Source: Octopus sinensis
Taxonomy: Eukaryota
NCBI RefSeq assembly: GCF_006345805.1
Contig: NC_043002.1
Location: forward strand, 43,958,001 to 44,022,000
Length of the DNA: 64,000 nt
Direction: 5' to 3'
A program made the translations under genes and the position numbers. Shown piece after piece: positions 27,500 to 40,246 of the stretch. The notes under the pieces are model-generated. The model did no database searches, was not told where the DNA came from, and worked only from the letters and a program-made list of their open reading frames with translations. Position 1 is the stretch's first letter. Each line of letters opens with the position of its first letter.

Positions 27500-29980
27500 A
27501 AGGTCAGTAGTAAGAAAAAGAAGGAAGGAGGAAGGGAGGGAGGGAAGGGGTGGGGGGCGTATGTAGCGTGCCAGCGTGTGTTGAGTAGTAGTGTGTGTGT
27601 GTGTCCAGTGTCGTGGTGGTATAAATGGCGAGTAGATTGAATGTGTGTAAGAGTATGTATAATTTAAGCAATGTGTGTATATGTGTGCGCGTGTGTGTAA
27701 CGAAAAAGGGGGGGGTTAAGGAAAAAGGACTCCAGCTGAGGGGAGATGGAAGAGTGGTCCCGCGAGGCGGGCGTGGGAAAACCCAACGACACGCGACGGT
27801 CCCAGGAACGGGCGGGAGGTCTTGTCGGTTCCAAGAGCGAGGTGCTGCGGAGCGTATGCGTACGCGAACCGGCGCAAGCGCGTGCGTGCGCGAGCCTGCG
27901 AGTATGTGCGTAAGTATGTATGTGTGTGGATGTGTGGAGTGTGTCTGGTGTATGTATGTGTGTGTTTGCATAGATGTATCCGTGTGTGTGTGTGGTGTAT
28001 TGTGTGAGTGTGTATGTATGTACGTGTGGGTGTGGGGAAGTGTGTGTATGTGCATGTGTGTGCGCGTACATACAGGTGTGTGAGTGAGTGTGTGGTGTGT
28101 GTATGTATGTGTGAGTGTGTATGTTGTGTGTGTAGGATGCATGTATGTGTATGGGTGTATGTATGCGTGTGTGTATGTATGTATGTGTACGTGCGTGTGT
28201 GTGTGTGTATGCGTGTAGGTGTGCGCGTGTGCATGCATGCATGCATGCATGTGCGTATGTGTGTGTGTGTGTGCATGTGTGTGGGTATATATGTATGTGC
28301 GTATATGTGTGTGTGTGTGCGTACATGTCTGTGTGTGTGTATGCATGTGTGTGTATGTAGGTGTGTAGGCGTGTGTGTATAGGTGTATGTATGTAAGTAT
28401 GTATGGGTGTGTCCGTGTATGTGTGTGTATGCATGTGTGTGTATGTAGGTGTGTGGGCGTGTGTATATGTGTGTGTATGTAGGTGTGTGGGCGTGTGTAT
28501 ATAGGTGTATATGTGTATGTCTGGGTGTGTCCGTGCATGTTTGTGTGTGTGTGTGTATGCATGTGTATGTAGGTGTGTGTGTACGTGTGTAATGTATGTG
28601 TGTATGCGTGTGTATGCGTGCGTGTGTGTATGTAGGTGCGTGTATATGTGTGTGGGAGTGTAGGTGTGTGTGTGCGTGTGCGTGTGCGTGTTTATGTTGG
28701 TGTGTGCGTATGTGAGTGTGAGTGTATGGGTGTTTGTCATGCATGTGTGTGCGCGTGCAGGTGAGTGTGTGTGTAAGTATGTGTGTGTGTATGTTTGTGT
28801 GAGTGTGTATGTGTGTATGTCTGTGTGTATGTATGTGCGTATAGGAGTATGTGGGTATGTGTGTGTGTATGTATATGGGTGTATGTATGTATGTGTGTGT
28901 GTGTGCATGTGTATAAGTATATGTGTGTGTGCGTATGTGTGTATATGGCTGTGTAGGTGTGTGGTGTGTTATGATGTAAGTGGTGTGTGTATACAAGTGT
29001 AATGTTGTATGTATGGGTGTGTGTGTGTGTGTATGTGTACGTGTGCGTGTGTATGTGTGTGGTGTATGCGTGTGAGTGTGAGTGTATGGGTGTATGTCTG
29101 TGTGTGTGTATGTCTGAAGTAGGTATGTATGTGTATGTATGTATGTGTGTGTGTGTGTGCAGGTATGTGTGTGTATGTGTGTGTGTGAGTAGGTGTGCGT
29201 GTATGTATGTGGGTAGGGATGCATGCGAGTGTGTGGGTATGTATGCATACATACGCACGCGCACATCCGAAGCAAGCCCACACACACGAAGCGCGCCCAC
29301 GCACACAACGCACAAGCAGTACAACGCAAGCCCAAGGGGCCGACCAAGCCCCCGGCGCGCGCCAAGGCGCGCGAGCGCAAAGGCGCGCGAGCGCAAAGGC
29401 CCTCGAACGCCCCGCTACGCGGGAACCGAGGATCCGTCAGCCAAAACCGGAAAGCAGAAAAGAGGGGGGCTGCCTGGATGCAAAAAGGTGTATGTGTGTG
29501 TGCATTCAGTGTAAGGGTGTGCATGTGTAGGTATGTATGTATGTATGTGCCTACATGTATGTTTGCATGTGTGTGTGTGAAGTATGTACGTGCGGTGTGT
29601 GTGTGTGAGTGTGTGTGTATGTATGTGCGTATGTATGTGTGTGTGTATGTGTATGTATGTCTGTGTGTGTGTGGTGTGTGTGTAAGTATGTATGTGTGTG
29701 CGTATGTATGTATGTGTGGTGTATGTGCATGTTGGTTTGTATGTTAGTGTGTGTTAGTATGTCTGTAAGTGTGTGTGATTAAATGTGTGAATGTATGTAC
29801 GTAGATGGGTCTACGTATGGGTGTGTGTGAACAGGCGTGTGGAGGTAGGTGGGGGGGTGGGTGGAGGTGTGGTGGGTGTGGGAGGTAGGTGGGTGGGTGT
29901 GTGCGTGTGGGAGGTAGGGGGGGTGGGTGTGTGCGTGTGGGAGGTAGGTGGGTGTGTATGTGTGGGGGGTGGTGTGTCAC
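27500..29980. repeat. Degenerate (GT)/(GTAT) microsatellite field inside the Penelope element
   Basis: Direct inspection; contains two GC-rich islands (27700-27900 and 29262-29490) and ends at an A-tract at about 29980-30003. Confidence 0.9.
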
Positions 29981-29989
29981 AAAAAAAAA

Positions 29990-32972
29990 AAAAAAAAAAA
30001 AAACGGATCTCAAGAGGGGGGGGCTGTGTTAAGTCCGTGTGGGGTGGTAGTTGTAGGGTGAAGATGTAGCGTTGCTCCAAGTGGAGCCTGGAAAGTGGCG
30101 ACCATGGTGGGGGGCGAGACCAAACACTGAGATGTCATCTAGGGAATGGCCGGCCGAGCGGAAGTGGCGTGCGACGGGAGAAAGAGAGTGTAGGCGAACG
30201 TCCCTCAAGTGTTCAGTGAAACGGTCGGACAACCGGCGTCCCGTCTGTCCTACATACAGCATCCCGCATAGGTTGCATTTAATGCAGTAAATAAGGCCAG
30301 ACGAGGTGCACGTAAAAGAGTGCCTAATGCGTACAGTGTGCAGGTTGGAGCCGGTGACAGCGGTGGTGTTGGTGATGAAGGGGCAAGTGTTGCAACGGGA
30401 TCTAGAGCAAGGGAATGATCCGTGTGGGGCTGAGGGGGAAGGAGAGAGGGTGCTGTGGACCAGGAGGTCACGCAGATTGCGGGCTCGTTTGAAAGAGGAC
30501 AGGGGTAGGTTAGGGAAAATGGGGCGGGTGGTGGGATCAAGCTGGAGGCGAGGAAGGCACGTAGTATCTTGCGACGAAGGGGTAGGGTAGAGGGGTGGAA
30601 AAGGAGGGGGAAGGGGGTGCGGTTGGGGGTGGGCGGGGGGGAAGGAGACAGGGCGGTAGTGCGGTCGATGCGACGGGCGCGGGTGAGGGCATCAGAGAGG
30701 AGTATGGGTGGGTAACCTCGGAGTCTGAACATGCGGGCCAGGTATTGAGATTGGGTCTCGAAATCCTGGTCGCGGCTGCACAAACGTCAGAGGCGGAGGA
30801 ACTGGGAGTAGGGGATGGCTCGTTTGGTGTGGAAGGGGTGGGAGGAAGAGAAGTTGAGATAGAGGTGGGAATCCGTAGGTTAAAAAAGGCGGTGGTGGTG
30901 AGAGAGCTGGAGGGGTGATCGATGCGGAGAGAGATGTCAAGGAAGTTGACAGAGGTGTTGGAGATGGTGGAGGTGAATTGAAGAGAGGGGTGTGAAAGTT
31001 GGAAAGAAAGAGATGAATTGGCAGAGAAGTTCACGGGAAAGGGAGTGGCACCTACGCAGTCGTCGATATAGCGACCGTATAGTTCGGGGGTCGGCCCAGA
31101 GAACTGGGAGAACACTTGGGCCTCAATGTAGCCAAGAAAGAGATTGGCGAAATTGGGGCCCATCCTAGTTCCCATCGCGACCCCGGACACCTGTTGGTAC
31201 GTTCCCCGGCGAACGTGAAGCAATTGAGGGTGAGGACGAGCTCAGCCAACCGGAGAAGAGTGGGGGTGCTGGGGGTGGGGTCGGGACGACGGTCGAGGAA
31301 GTGTTGGAGGGCTAGGAGACCGTCATTGTGGGGAATCACTGTGTACAGGGATTTTACATCTAAAGTGAAGAGGAGGTGTGAGGGGCTGGAAGGGAAGGAA
31401 AAGGAATTGAAGAGACGGAGGGCGTGGTTGGTGTCGTGTATGTGGGATGGGAGGGCTGCGACTAAGGGGGACAGGATGCGGTCGAGGTATAGGGAGATGA
31501 GTTCAGTGGGGCAATTACAGCAGAGACTATGGGACGGCCAGGATTAGAGGGTTTATGGATCTTGGGAAGGAAGTAGATGGTGGAGGTGCGGGGTGTGCGG
31601 ACGATGAGGTTGGTGGCGGTGAGGGGGAGGGAGGCGGAGGAGGAGATGAGGTCGTGGATGGTGGAGGACACTCGCTGTTGGTAGGAGGAGGTGGGATCGG
31701 AGGGGAGGAGGCGATAGAAGAGTGGATTTTGAAGCTGGTTGAGCGCTTCCTCCCTGTATAGGTCCGCGCGCCACACTACCACTGCCCCGCCTTTGTCCGC
31801 CGGTTTGATGACAATGTCATCACGACGGCGGAGGTGGCGAAGGGCAATGGATTCGGCCCGAGTGAGGTTGGCTCGGCGGGGTCTTGGTGCAAAGTTGAAA
31901 CGGTGGACCAAAGCGTTGCAGTCATGTACAAACGAATCTAGGCTACTGAAAAGGCCTGGGGGCGGCGTCCAGATGGATGGACGACGCCCCAGCTCCAAAA
32001 GGCAATCCTGATTGTTGTGACGCTGCGGGGACGCGTGGTAGTACGCGTGGTAGTTTGAGGCGGCGCAGGAACAGGTTGACGTCCGCCCGAGTCTCGAACT
32101 CATCACAGTGGCGCGTGAGTGGCGTGAAGCGGAGACCCTTACTGAGGAGGGAGCGCTCAGCGGCGGAGAGGGGGAGGTGGGGGGGGGGGGTATAGTGACA
32201 AAGCGCGAGGAAGCGGGGTGGTGGGAGGACTAGGGGCAGGCGGAGGGGGTGCAGGGGTGTGAAGGGGAGGGTAGGGGTGGTTGGTGAAGATGGGTTAGGC
32301 GCGTAGGAAGGTCACGGTGGGGGGGGGGTCCGTGGAAGGGTGGAGTAGGTGCGAAGGAGGGGGGGGGGGAACAGTGGGGGAGGATGGGGAAGGGGGGGGG
32401 GGTTGAGGAGGAGGTGGAGTTTTTTGTTTTTTGTGTGTGTGAGGTGGTTGTAGAGTTGGTGGTTGAGATTAAGAATGAAGCGGAGGATAGGTTGGGTGAA
32501 GAGTGGAGGGCAGAGGGCGGAGAGAGGAGGTAGGCCTGGGGAAGTTGATGGTCGAGGAGTCAAGGAGGGGGCGGGTGGAGCGGATGGTGGCGCGGAGGAG
32601 GGAGCGGGAGGTTCGAGCGAGGGTGGGTTCGATGAAGGGGGAGGAATAGGGGGTAGCGTGGAACTTCAAGAGGAACCCGCGGGGTGTGACATGATGGCGG
32701 AGGCACCGGCTAAGAAAGGAAAGATGACTCGAGTGGCGGGTTTTCTTAAAAAGCAAGCGGAAAGTTTTATAGCAGGTGCGGAACATTGTGGGGGGGAAGA
32801 ACGCGAGGTAGCGGCTGAGGAGGGATTGAAGGTGTTGGACGAACGAGTGCAAGTCAGGCATGATGAGAAGTGGTGGCAAACAGGTAAAGGTGGGTGGTGG
32901 CGAAACAGGAAAAAGGAGAGACAACAGGAAAACAACGAAAGAAGAAAACGAGTGAAGACGGTTTGAAAACAA
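29990..32972 (-). pseudogene. Penelope-like RT plus GIY-YIG endonuclease ORF (frameshifted)
   Basis: N-terminal HLSFLSRC...TPRG; RT motifs IKPADKGGAVVVW, YFLPKIHK..PGRPIVS, QVSGVAMGT.MGP.FANLF and RYIDD; Cys linker CSRSRCNTC; GLIYC..C..C..LYVGQTGRRLSDRFTEH; C-terminal EQRYIFTL..PHGLN. Breaks fall mainly in G/C homopolymer runs. Confidence 0.9.
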
Positions 32973-34814
32973 TAGAAAAAAGTTGAAAAAAGTCAGGAAA
33001 GAGATTTGAGAGTCAACGGACAGATTAGGTAATGATTTTCAATCACGGTAATGGTGGTACTCCGGAAGAAGGTTGCGGGTGATCCGTAGGTCAGGAAGAA
33101 TGGTAACAATAATCCGTAGGTGCAAAAAATCCGGGAGTTGGTATCCAAGGTACAAGGGGTCCGTGTAGGCGCGCAGTGGTATAATTTTAATCCAAACGGG
33201 AAACAAAAAAACAACAACAATGGAACAATTACAGTATTATTATTAATAGGCGCTCAGGAAAAGGAAGCAGGGAGGTATGACGTTTCGAGCGGAGCTCTTC
33301 GTCGGAAACATAAAGAAGGAAGAGAGAGGAAAGAAAGATCCCAGAGCGGGCAACAGGGAAAGAGAAAAAAGACGACTGGTGTTTACGAGTTGCACATGGT
33401 GAAAGGCGGATGTTTACGAAAACAGAGCAAAGTGGGTTTTTAAAGGCAAAAGAGTGGAGACAAGGTTGGTAACGCAACAGATGTGTGTGTATGTGTGAGT
33501 GTGTGCGTGTGCGTGTGTGTATGTGTGTGTGTGAGGCGAGATGAAAAAACAAAAAAATATATATGTGTGTGTTAGTGTGTGCGTCTGTGTGTAGGTGTGT
33601 GAGGTAGGGCGAGATAGTGGTCAGCTTAGCAGATACACACATACATACATGTATGTATATAACTATACATACACACATACATGTATGTATGTATAGTTAT
33701 ATTTATGAAACGGTTATTTCTTGAATTCTTAGCTAGAAATTGAAACCTTAACCTGAATTTTTCTGTAAGCGTCTTTCCTATGCTTTCGGAATTTCTACTC
33801 GGAAATTCATAGGAGTCAGCTATCATATGCCGTTCCTAGGCGAAATTTAGTTTAACACAGATAAACCTATTCATTTTCTTTGTTCTCCTGATCTTCTCTC
33901 AGCTTCCCAATATTCATAAATTCGAACTCTCTCCGAATATGTTCGGGTGGTTCGTTTTCGCTCTTAGACGTCATGCGTCTAACACTTTTTTAGCAACAAA
34001 TCTTTTTATAACACCTATCTCTTTCTAACACTTATGTCTTTCTAACACCTATATTTGACACAAGTATATCCTCAAAAGTTGTGCGGGACTTGACGTTACT
34101 ATCATCCGACTACTTTACTATATATATATATCTATATTCTGTACACAGTCCCCAGTGATACGAATTGGAACAAACAAAATCTGTAAGAAGTAACTTTTTC
34201 CTTCTGTCAATTCATTTTGGTGCTTATCCCACAAGGCTTTCATTAACTCGCCACCAATACTAATCACTACTGTATCCTTTACAGCTATCATAACATATAA
34301 CTGTTACACACATACGCACGCGCGCGAACACACACACACACACACACACATAAATACTTATAAACACACACTCGCACACAATACGTGTATGTGAGATGGT
34401 GTATAATATATGTGTATGTTTGTGTTCGTCCCCGCCCTGCTTGACAACCAGTCATCGTTTCTTTAGGTTACCATAATCCAGCGGTTCAGTAAAAGGAGTT
34501 CGATAAAATAAGTACCAGACATAACAAAAAATAAAGTAATGTAGGCGATTTATTCGGTTAAATCCTTCAAAGCAGTACCCTAGTATGGCTGCAGTTGAAT
34601 GATGCAGAATATGATAGTGAAAAATGTTATCATCTGTAGCAGAGTATTTGCTATTGAAATACAAAACTAATTCATTGCTGTTCTATATTTAAGAGATGGG
34701 GAATTATGTACATTATTTGCATTATTTTCATTTGACGGATATTTGCCCTCATCGTGTTTGTTGTTAACACAACGTTTCGGCTGATGCACTCTCCAGGTTC
34801 GAAATTTCCCCCAA

Positions 34815-34860
34815 GACACCTGATGAAGGCTGGAGGGTATATCAGCCGAAACGTTGTGTT
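34815..34860 (+). ncRNA. Minimal type I hammerhead ribozyme
   Basis: GACAC-CTGATGA-A-GGCTG-(GAGGGTATAT)-CAGCC-GAAA-C-GTT-GTGTT: stem I 5 bp, stem II 5 bp, palindromic ACGT stem III, predicted GUU cleavage after 34855. Confidence 0.85.
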
Positions 34861-36619
34861 AACAACAAACAAGATGAGGACAAATTACCGTCAGATGTAA
34901 ATAATGTAAATAATGTAATTCATTGCTTTACAGAAGGAAGAATGTGAGAAACATTAACGAACCTTGAATACACAAGAGTTCTCAGAATATAGTACTAAGA
35001 GTACTTATCAGTGCAAATTCGGGTTCCTTCAGATGGAGTAACTCTAAAAGAATTTTAGATTCAAAAAACTATACTTGGGTAAAATAACTGACAGTATTTA
35101 ATGCCAGAGATGGTAAAATCCTTTGTTTATTTAAAGGATTGTGATATTGCTTCTACCAAAGTTCTCATTTTACATCTCATTGTGGCTTTGGTTAAAAGGG
35201 TTTTGATATATTGGTGTGATGTTAAGACTGTATTCCATCACAAAATTAAGCTAATCCAACGTTGTTTAAATAACATTTATTTTTGCAGAAGTATATCACT
35301 GTTTCTGCATAATTACAGGGCGGCTTGCCAGTAGTGCATTGTGTATTGTGATGAGCTAGAAGTAAATGCATTTCATAGTTACATTAATTACAGAAAAGAT
35401 CAGCTGCGCTTGAGAATGTGAAAAAATATTCTGTTTATTATTGTCAACGATTTCTTTAACCTGAGGTTGAGCTGCAACCAAGGAACGAACTGTTTAAAGA
35501 GCTTATTGTTTGTGCATCTTATGTGTGCCCCTGTTGTGTTAATGACAAAGAATTTCCTGGCTACTTATCTGTGTGGTAAAAAGCAAGGATATGGTACGTG
35601 CTTGGAGAAGCACATTAGAGGCGAAGTAATACTTTTAAATACAGGTCCCTGCCCGGCCTGTGAAATATCTCCTGAGATTTAGCTTGGAAAACTACATTAA
35701 TGTACCAAATTTTAAAAATTTCAATAAACCTTTGAATTTTCGAAAATTAATAGCCAAACTGAAAAGATCTGAAGAATTACTTCGTCTATCTTGCCTGGAA
35801 TCTTTTCTAACTTGCGCTGATTCTAGCGCGATTTTATAACCTCTGTTCGCGCAAGACCATGATAGAAAATTATATGATAAGAGGTGATAATTCTGCAAGC
35901 TGATTAGTTAATATTCAGCGCACGCTACCTGATCTAAGTGAAGTCTGATCCTACTTACTAAAGCAGTAAAGTTTCGACTCTAGGCTTCGCTACATCATAT
36001 TACAGTAAATAGCTGATCTAATTTTACAAAAACCGTAATAGTTATTGAAAATTAAGAGATAAAATAGATTTTATCTCTATTCAGGTGTCTAACAGTGACT
36101 GTGGTTGGACAATAGCGAATTGGGTCTACATCTGACTTTATGAACTATTTCACTATATTACTAATTTTGGGAAAAGTTCGAACATCTCACCTACCCTCCC
36201 AGTTTCTTCTCCCCTTGCATTCCATGCCTCTCAGTTGGCTGCAACGACAATGTCTTCTGGTGAATAATTTCTGTGACATTATATCAGAATGTCTTCCACT
36301 TAATCATTTCTGTGACATTATATCAGAAACAGGACGCTACGCCAGGAAATAGATAAAGTTTTAAAATATGATATATAGCTAACTTATAATTATCATTTTC
36401 TTATCTATGTGGTGGCTAACTAACAGAAACTTGTATTTGACCTTTCCGTATAGAGACCTGATTACGTGAACAATAGCTAACAGTGGTGAAGTGGAATTTT
36501 AGTTATTAAGTTATAGATTGAATATATTCATATTTTAAATAAGTACATAGCTTTCGTTTAAATTTAATTTCCTTCAAGACTTATAAAATGCATACACACA
36601 GATACTTACACACACAAAT

Positions 36620-36650
<31 letters not shown>

Positions 36651-36660
36651 CACATACATA

Positions 36661-36703
<43 letters not shown>

Positions 36704-36964
36704 ATACTAAGCAATAAAGGGTTTAGCAACGAATTGCCTTACCACATACCGAATTTAGAAATAGCAGTCAAAGAGTTATAGCTATTTCTTCTACTAAAAA
36801 GGGAGATCTCAGTAAAAACAGCAATTGGAAGGCAGACACAAACAGGTAAGAGAGAATGAATTGACGGCAATCTATCATACAATTCTAAGTTATCTACGGA
36901 CGTACGTTTCGAAATCAAGTTTTAGGAAAGCATAAGAATTAAATATTAAATAATTCTACCTTAC

Positions 36965-37018
<54 letters not shown>

Positions 37019-37117
37019 TATATACATACGTATGTGTACATACTGACGTCTATATGTAGTATAAAATGGCGATTGTGAAGTTAATAAGAGTTTATATCAA
37101 CAACAAATCGATCATTA

Positions 37118-37200
37118 TCCCTGACAGCTGTTTCAATTACATACAGTGAAATTGATTAAATATTAAGTTCATATTTCTGAGCATAATCTCTTCAGGGGGA
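37118..37200 (-). ncRNA. Type I hammerhead ribozyme motif with a long loop II
   Basis: Minus strand TCCCC-CTGAAGA-GATTATG...TGTAATT-GAAA-CAGCTGTC-AGGGA; palindromic ACAGCTGT stem III; one C-A mismatch at the base of stem I. Confidence 0.6.
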
Positions 37201-38512
37201 AAATATTTATACCGTTAGATGTTTTGTATGTTTGTTGGTAGATTCATCACAGCACACTGCTGTGTCAGTTGAATGTCACAACTAGTTTAGCCCCAGGCGG
37301 ATTCCCCGCCAGCTGGTTTTCGGTGCAAGCTTTGTACCCTTTATATACAATACATCGCTAACATTCAACTGCCACTTTGATGGGACTACTCACTTTACTG
37401 TTTTAGTATATGTTACCACTCTATCTCTTCTTGAGATTTTATAACTAGCTATTTTGCTTATATATATATATATATATCTTGTTTTTGCTTTCGAAAAATG
37501 TTTTTTACACAATTGCTCGAAAATGCTCAGGTCAAACCCGAGACGCTAGACATTATATAACTTGGTGTAAGAAAAGGCAAAATTTAGATAATCATCATAT
37601 GCATGATAGGAAAAAAAATGCCCTCCCCTATAATGCTATAATGAACAAATGTAATTCATGCATTAGGAAATCGTTCATTATCCTTAGATCTTACAATTCG
37701 GGCACATTAAATAAATTCTCTGATACCATTCGTTCATGTGCTCATAAATTTTACTCATCCTTCATGAAGATCCATAAGACGCAATATATCGAGTGAAGTA
37801 TTTAGCAGTCTTGTTTCGTCCTCTAGTAGTAATTAATTATTACCGAGAAATTATTAAAAAATTTTTTTTTCCATCATGCCTTATCCCACCAAAAAATATT
37901 TTTGGTCTCCCATCATCCTACACTAAAAATTTCTTTGCATATATAAGCGCGAATCATTGTAAAAGTGGCCGACAACCAGCACAATGTAACCTTAAATTAG
38001 CCTTTCCCTTATATTTCTTCTAGCCTTGCTATCTATTTCCTTATTTCCTGATGAAGGGAATATTGTCAGTGCAGAATTAAAGGATTCATACATTGTAGAC
38101 GAATGGACTCCAGAAGCAGCCCTTGAAATAAATCTTGTATGGGGCTATAGCCCTCTATAGACATTTCTTTAGTACTCTTAAAACAAATTTATCCTTATTA
38201 TTTCTCTGAATTTTAAATTCATCATTAAGATCTCTGACTGCCATCGGTGTATCTTATAATTCTTAATTATTAGTTTAACTTTTTTAATCTTAAATTTAAT
38301 ATGATTTTTAATCGATGTATCACTCTTTATCTATTTATCCTTTTCACGTATATTTTTACTTCACGTATTTCTTATTTCTATTCTAAATAATATATTGATA
38401 TGTTCCTTGTCTTGGTGTACTTATAGAGTTATAGGTATTTATTATGTTGATGTAAATCATAACTATAGGATGATTATCTAAAGTTTGTCTCTTCTTAAAC
38501 CAAGTTATATAA

Positions 38513-38514
<2 letters not shown>

Positions 38515-38546
<32 letters not shown>

Positions 38547-38547
38547 G

Positions 38548-38601
<54 letters not shown>

Positions 38602-38659
38602 GTCTGTCTGTCTGTCTGTCTGCATGTCTGTCTGTCTGTCTATTTATCTCTCTCTCTCT

Positions 38660-38707
<48 letters not shown>

Positions 38708-38809
38708 TATGTATATATATATTATGTATATATATATGTATATATATATGTATATATATATATATATAATATATGTATATATATATATGTATATATATAT
38801 GTATATATG

Positions 38810-38884
<75 letters not shown>

Positions 38885-38910
38885 GTATATATAATGTATA
38901 TATATATATA
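38515..38910. repeat. Compound microsatellite (TATC)n-(TCTG)n-(AT)n; many similar tracts across the window
   Basis: Direct inspection. Other tracts include 9248-9335, 16585-16855, 45325-45585, 48085-48620, 50535-50750, 57150-57470, 59040-59735 and 61100-61310. Confidence 0.95.
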
Positions 38911-39190
38911 ATTAATTAATAAGGGTGAGAGAATTAGATACTAATTAATAGTATATCTATTCAACACCAAGTGGCCTAGTGCTCCGAGAAACCTGGATTA
39001 TTATAATATTTTATAATATATTACAATATTTTTACAAAATAAATATAAGAGAGTGGTCACTATATGGCTCACTCTAGCACCAGTTAATCCAAAAGGTTTC
39101 AACCACAAAAATACATGTTTCCCATGAAAGTCAGTACGATTGTTAGCTCACACGGACAGGGCAAATAAAAAATAACAAAAATACAGATTA

Positions 39191-39272
39191 TTTTGGGACA
39201 ATTGTTTCGCTATTAATGAATTAAATGTAATTTTACTTACAAAAAAATCCACTTGTAGCTCGTCAGCCAAAA
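39191..39272 (-). ncRNA. Type I hammerhead ribozyme (array copy 1, inverted)
   Basis: Reverse complement of TTTTGG-CTGACGA-GCTA...TAGC-GAAA-CAATTGTC-CCAAAA. Confidence 0.88.
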
Positions 39273-39630
39273 CTATCTGGATGAAATCCACTCAATCACA
39301 CGCCAGATTTTACCATAACGATAAATACGCGTGTGGTTCAATTGATTACATCCGACGTTATAATTCAAATGCCCCAACTAACAGCGCGCCAAACTTTCAC
39401 GGAAAACAATACAGCATTTAGAAATAATGCAGCATAATTATAATTAATTAATAAGGGTGAGAGAATTAGATACTAATTTAATAGTATATCTATTTGTTTT
39501 CCGTGAAAGTTTGGCGCGCTGTTAGTTGGGGCATTTGAATTATAACGTCGGATGTAATCAATTGAACCACACGCGTATTTATCGTTATGGTAAAATCTGG
39601 CGTGTGATTGAGTGGATTTCATCCAGATAG

Positions 39631-39712
39631 TTTTGGCTGACGAGCTACAAGTGGATTTTTTTGTAAGTAAAATTACATTTAATTCATTAATAGCGAAACA
39701 ATTGTCCCAAAA
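39631..39712 (+). ncRNA. Type I hammerhead ribozyme (array copy 2)
   Basis: Stem I TTTTGG/CCAAAA, core CTGACGA at 39637-39643, stem II GCTA/TAGC, GAAA at 39695-39698, palindrome ACAATTGT, GUC site with cleavage after 39706. Confidence 0.9.
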
Positions 39713-40164
39713 TAATCTGTATTTTTGTTATTTTTTATTTGCCCTGTCGTGTGAGCTAACAATCGTACTGACTTTCATGGGAAACATGTATTTTTGTGGT
39801 TGAAACCTTTTGGATTAACTGGTGCTAGAGTGAGCCATATAGTGACCACTCTCTTATATTTATTTTGTAAAAATATTGTAATATATTATAAAATATTATA
39901 ATAATCCAGGTTTCTCGGAGCACTAGGCCACTTGGTGTTGAATAGATATACTATTAAATTAGTATCTAATTCTCTCACCCTTATTAATTAATTATAATTA
40001 TGCTGCATTTATTTCTAAATGCTGTATTTGTTTTCCGTGAAAGTTTGGCGCGCTGTTAGTTGGGGCATTTGAATTATAACGTCGGATGTAATCAATTGAA
40101 CCACACGCGTATTTATCGTTATGGTAAAATCTGGCGTGTGATTGAGTGGATTTCATCCAGATAG

Positions 40165-40246
40165 TTTTGGCTGACGAGCTACAAGTGGATTTTTTTGTAA
40201 GTAAAATTACATTTAATTCATTAATAGCGAAACAATTGTCCCAAAA
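40165..40246 (+). ncRNA. Type I hammerhead ribozyme (array copy 3)
   Basis: Same motif; core at 40171-40177; cleavage after 40240. Confidence 0.9.

Larger units (their letters stand above)
27045..33633 (-). mobile_element. Neptune-type Penelope-like retroelement, near full length, in partial-tandem (pLTR) arrangement
   Basis: 454-bp direct repeats at 27045-27498 and 33180-33633, with only 2 substitutions seen. The ORF between them has PLE RT and GIY-YIG motifs. The 3' end abuts (AT)n. Confidence 0.92.

Noticed and set aside
29405-29450. TTTTGGCTGACGG on the - strand, resembling the start of the 39-kb ribozyme
   Set aside because: No GAAA or stem III follows; probably coincidental.
27504-29747. 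Very long His/Thr- or Val/Cys-rich ORFs (up to 602 aa), and similar ORFs at 48014-48620 and elsewhere
   Set aside because: They are translations of (CA)/(GT)/(AT) microsatellites, not genes.
35100-35900. Possible additional Penelope RT remnant
   Set aside because: Only vague motif resemblances across many stops; could not be aligned convincingly by eye.
38040-38135. CTGATGA-AGGG...CCCTT-GAAAT hammerhead-like motif
   Set aside because: Core and stem II are present, but there is no stem I pairing or palindromic stem III; at best a decayed relic.
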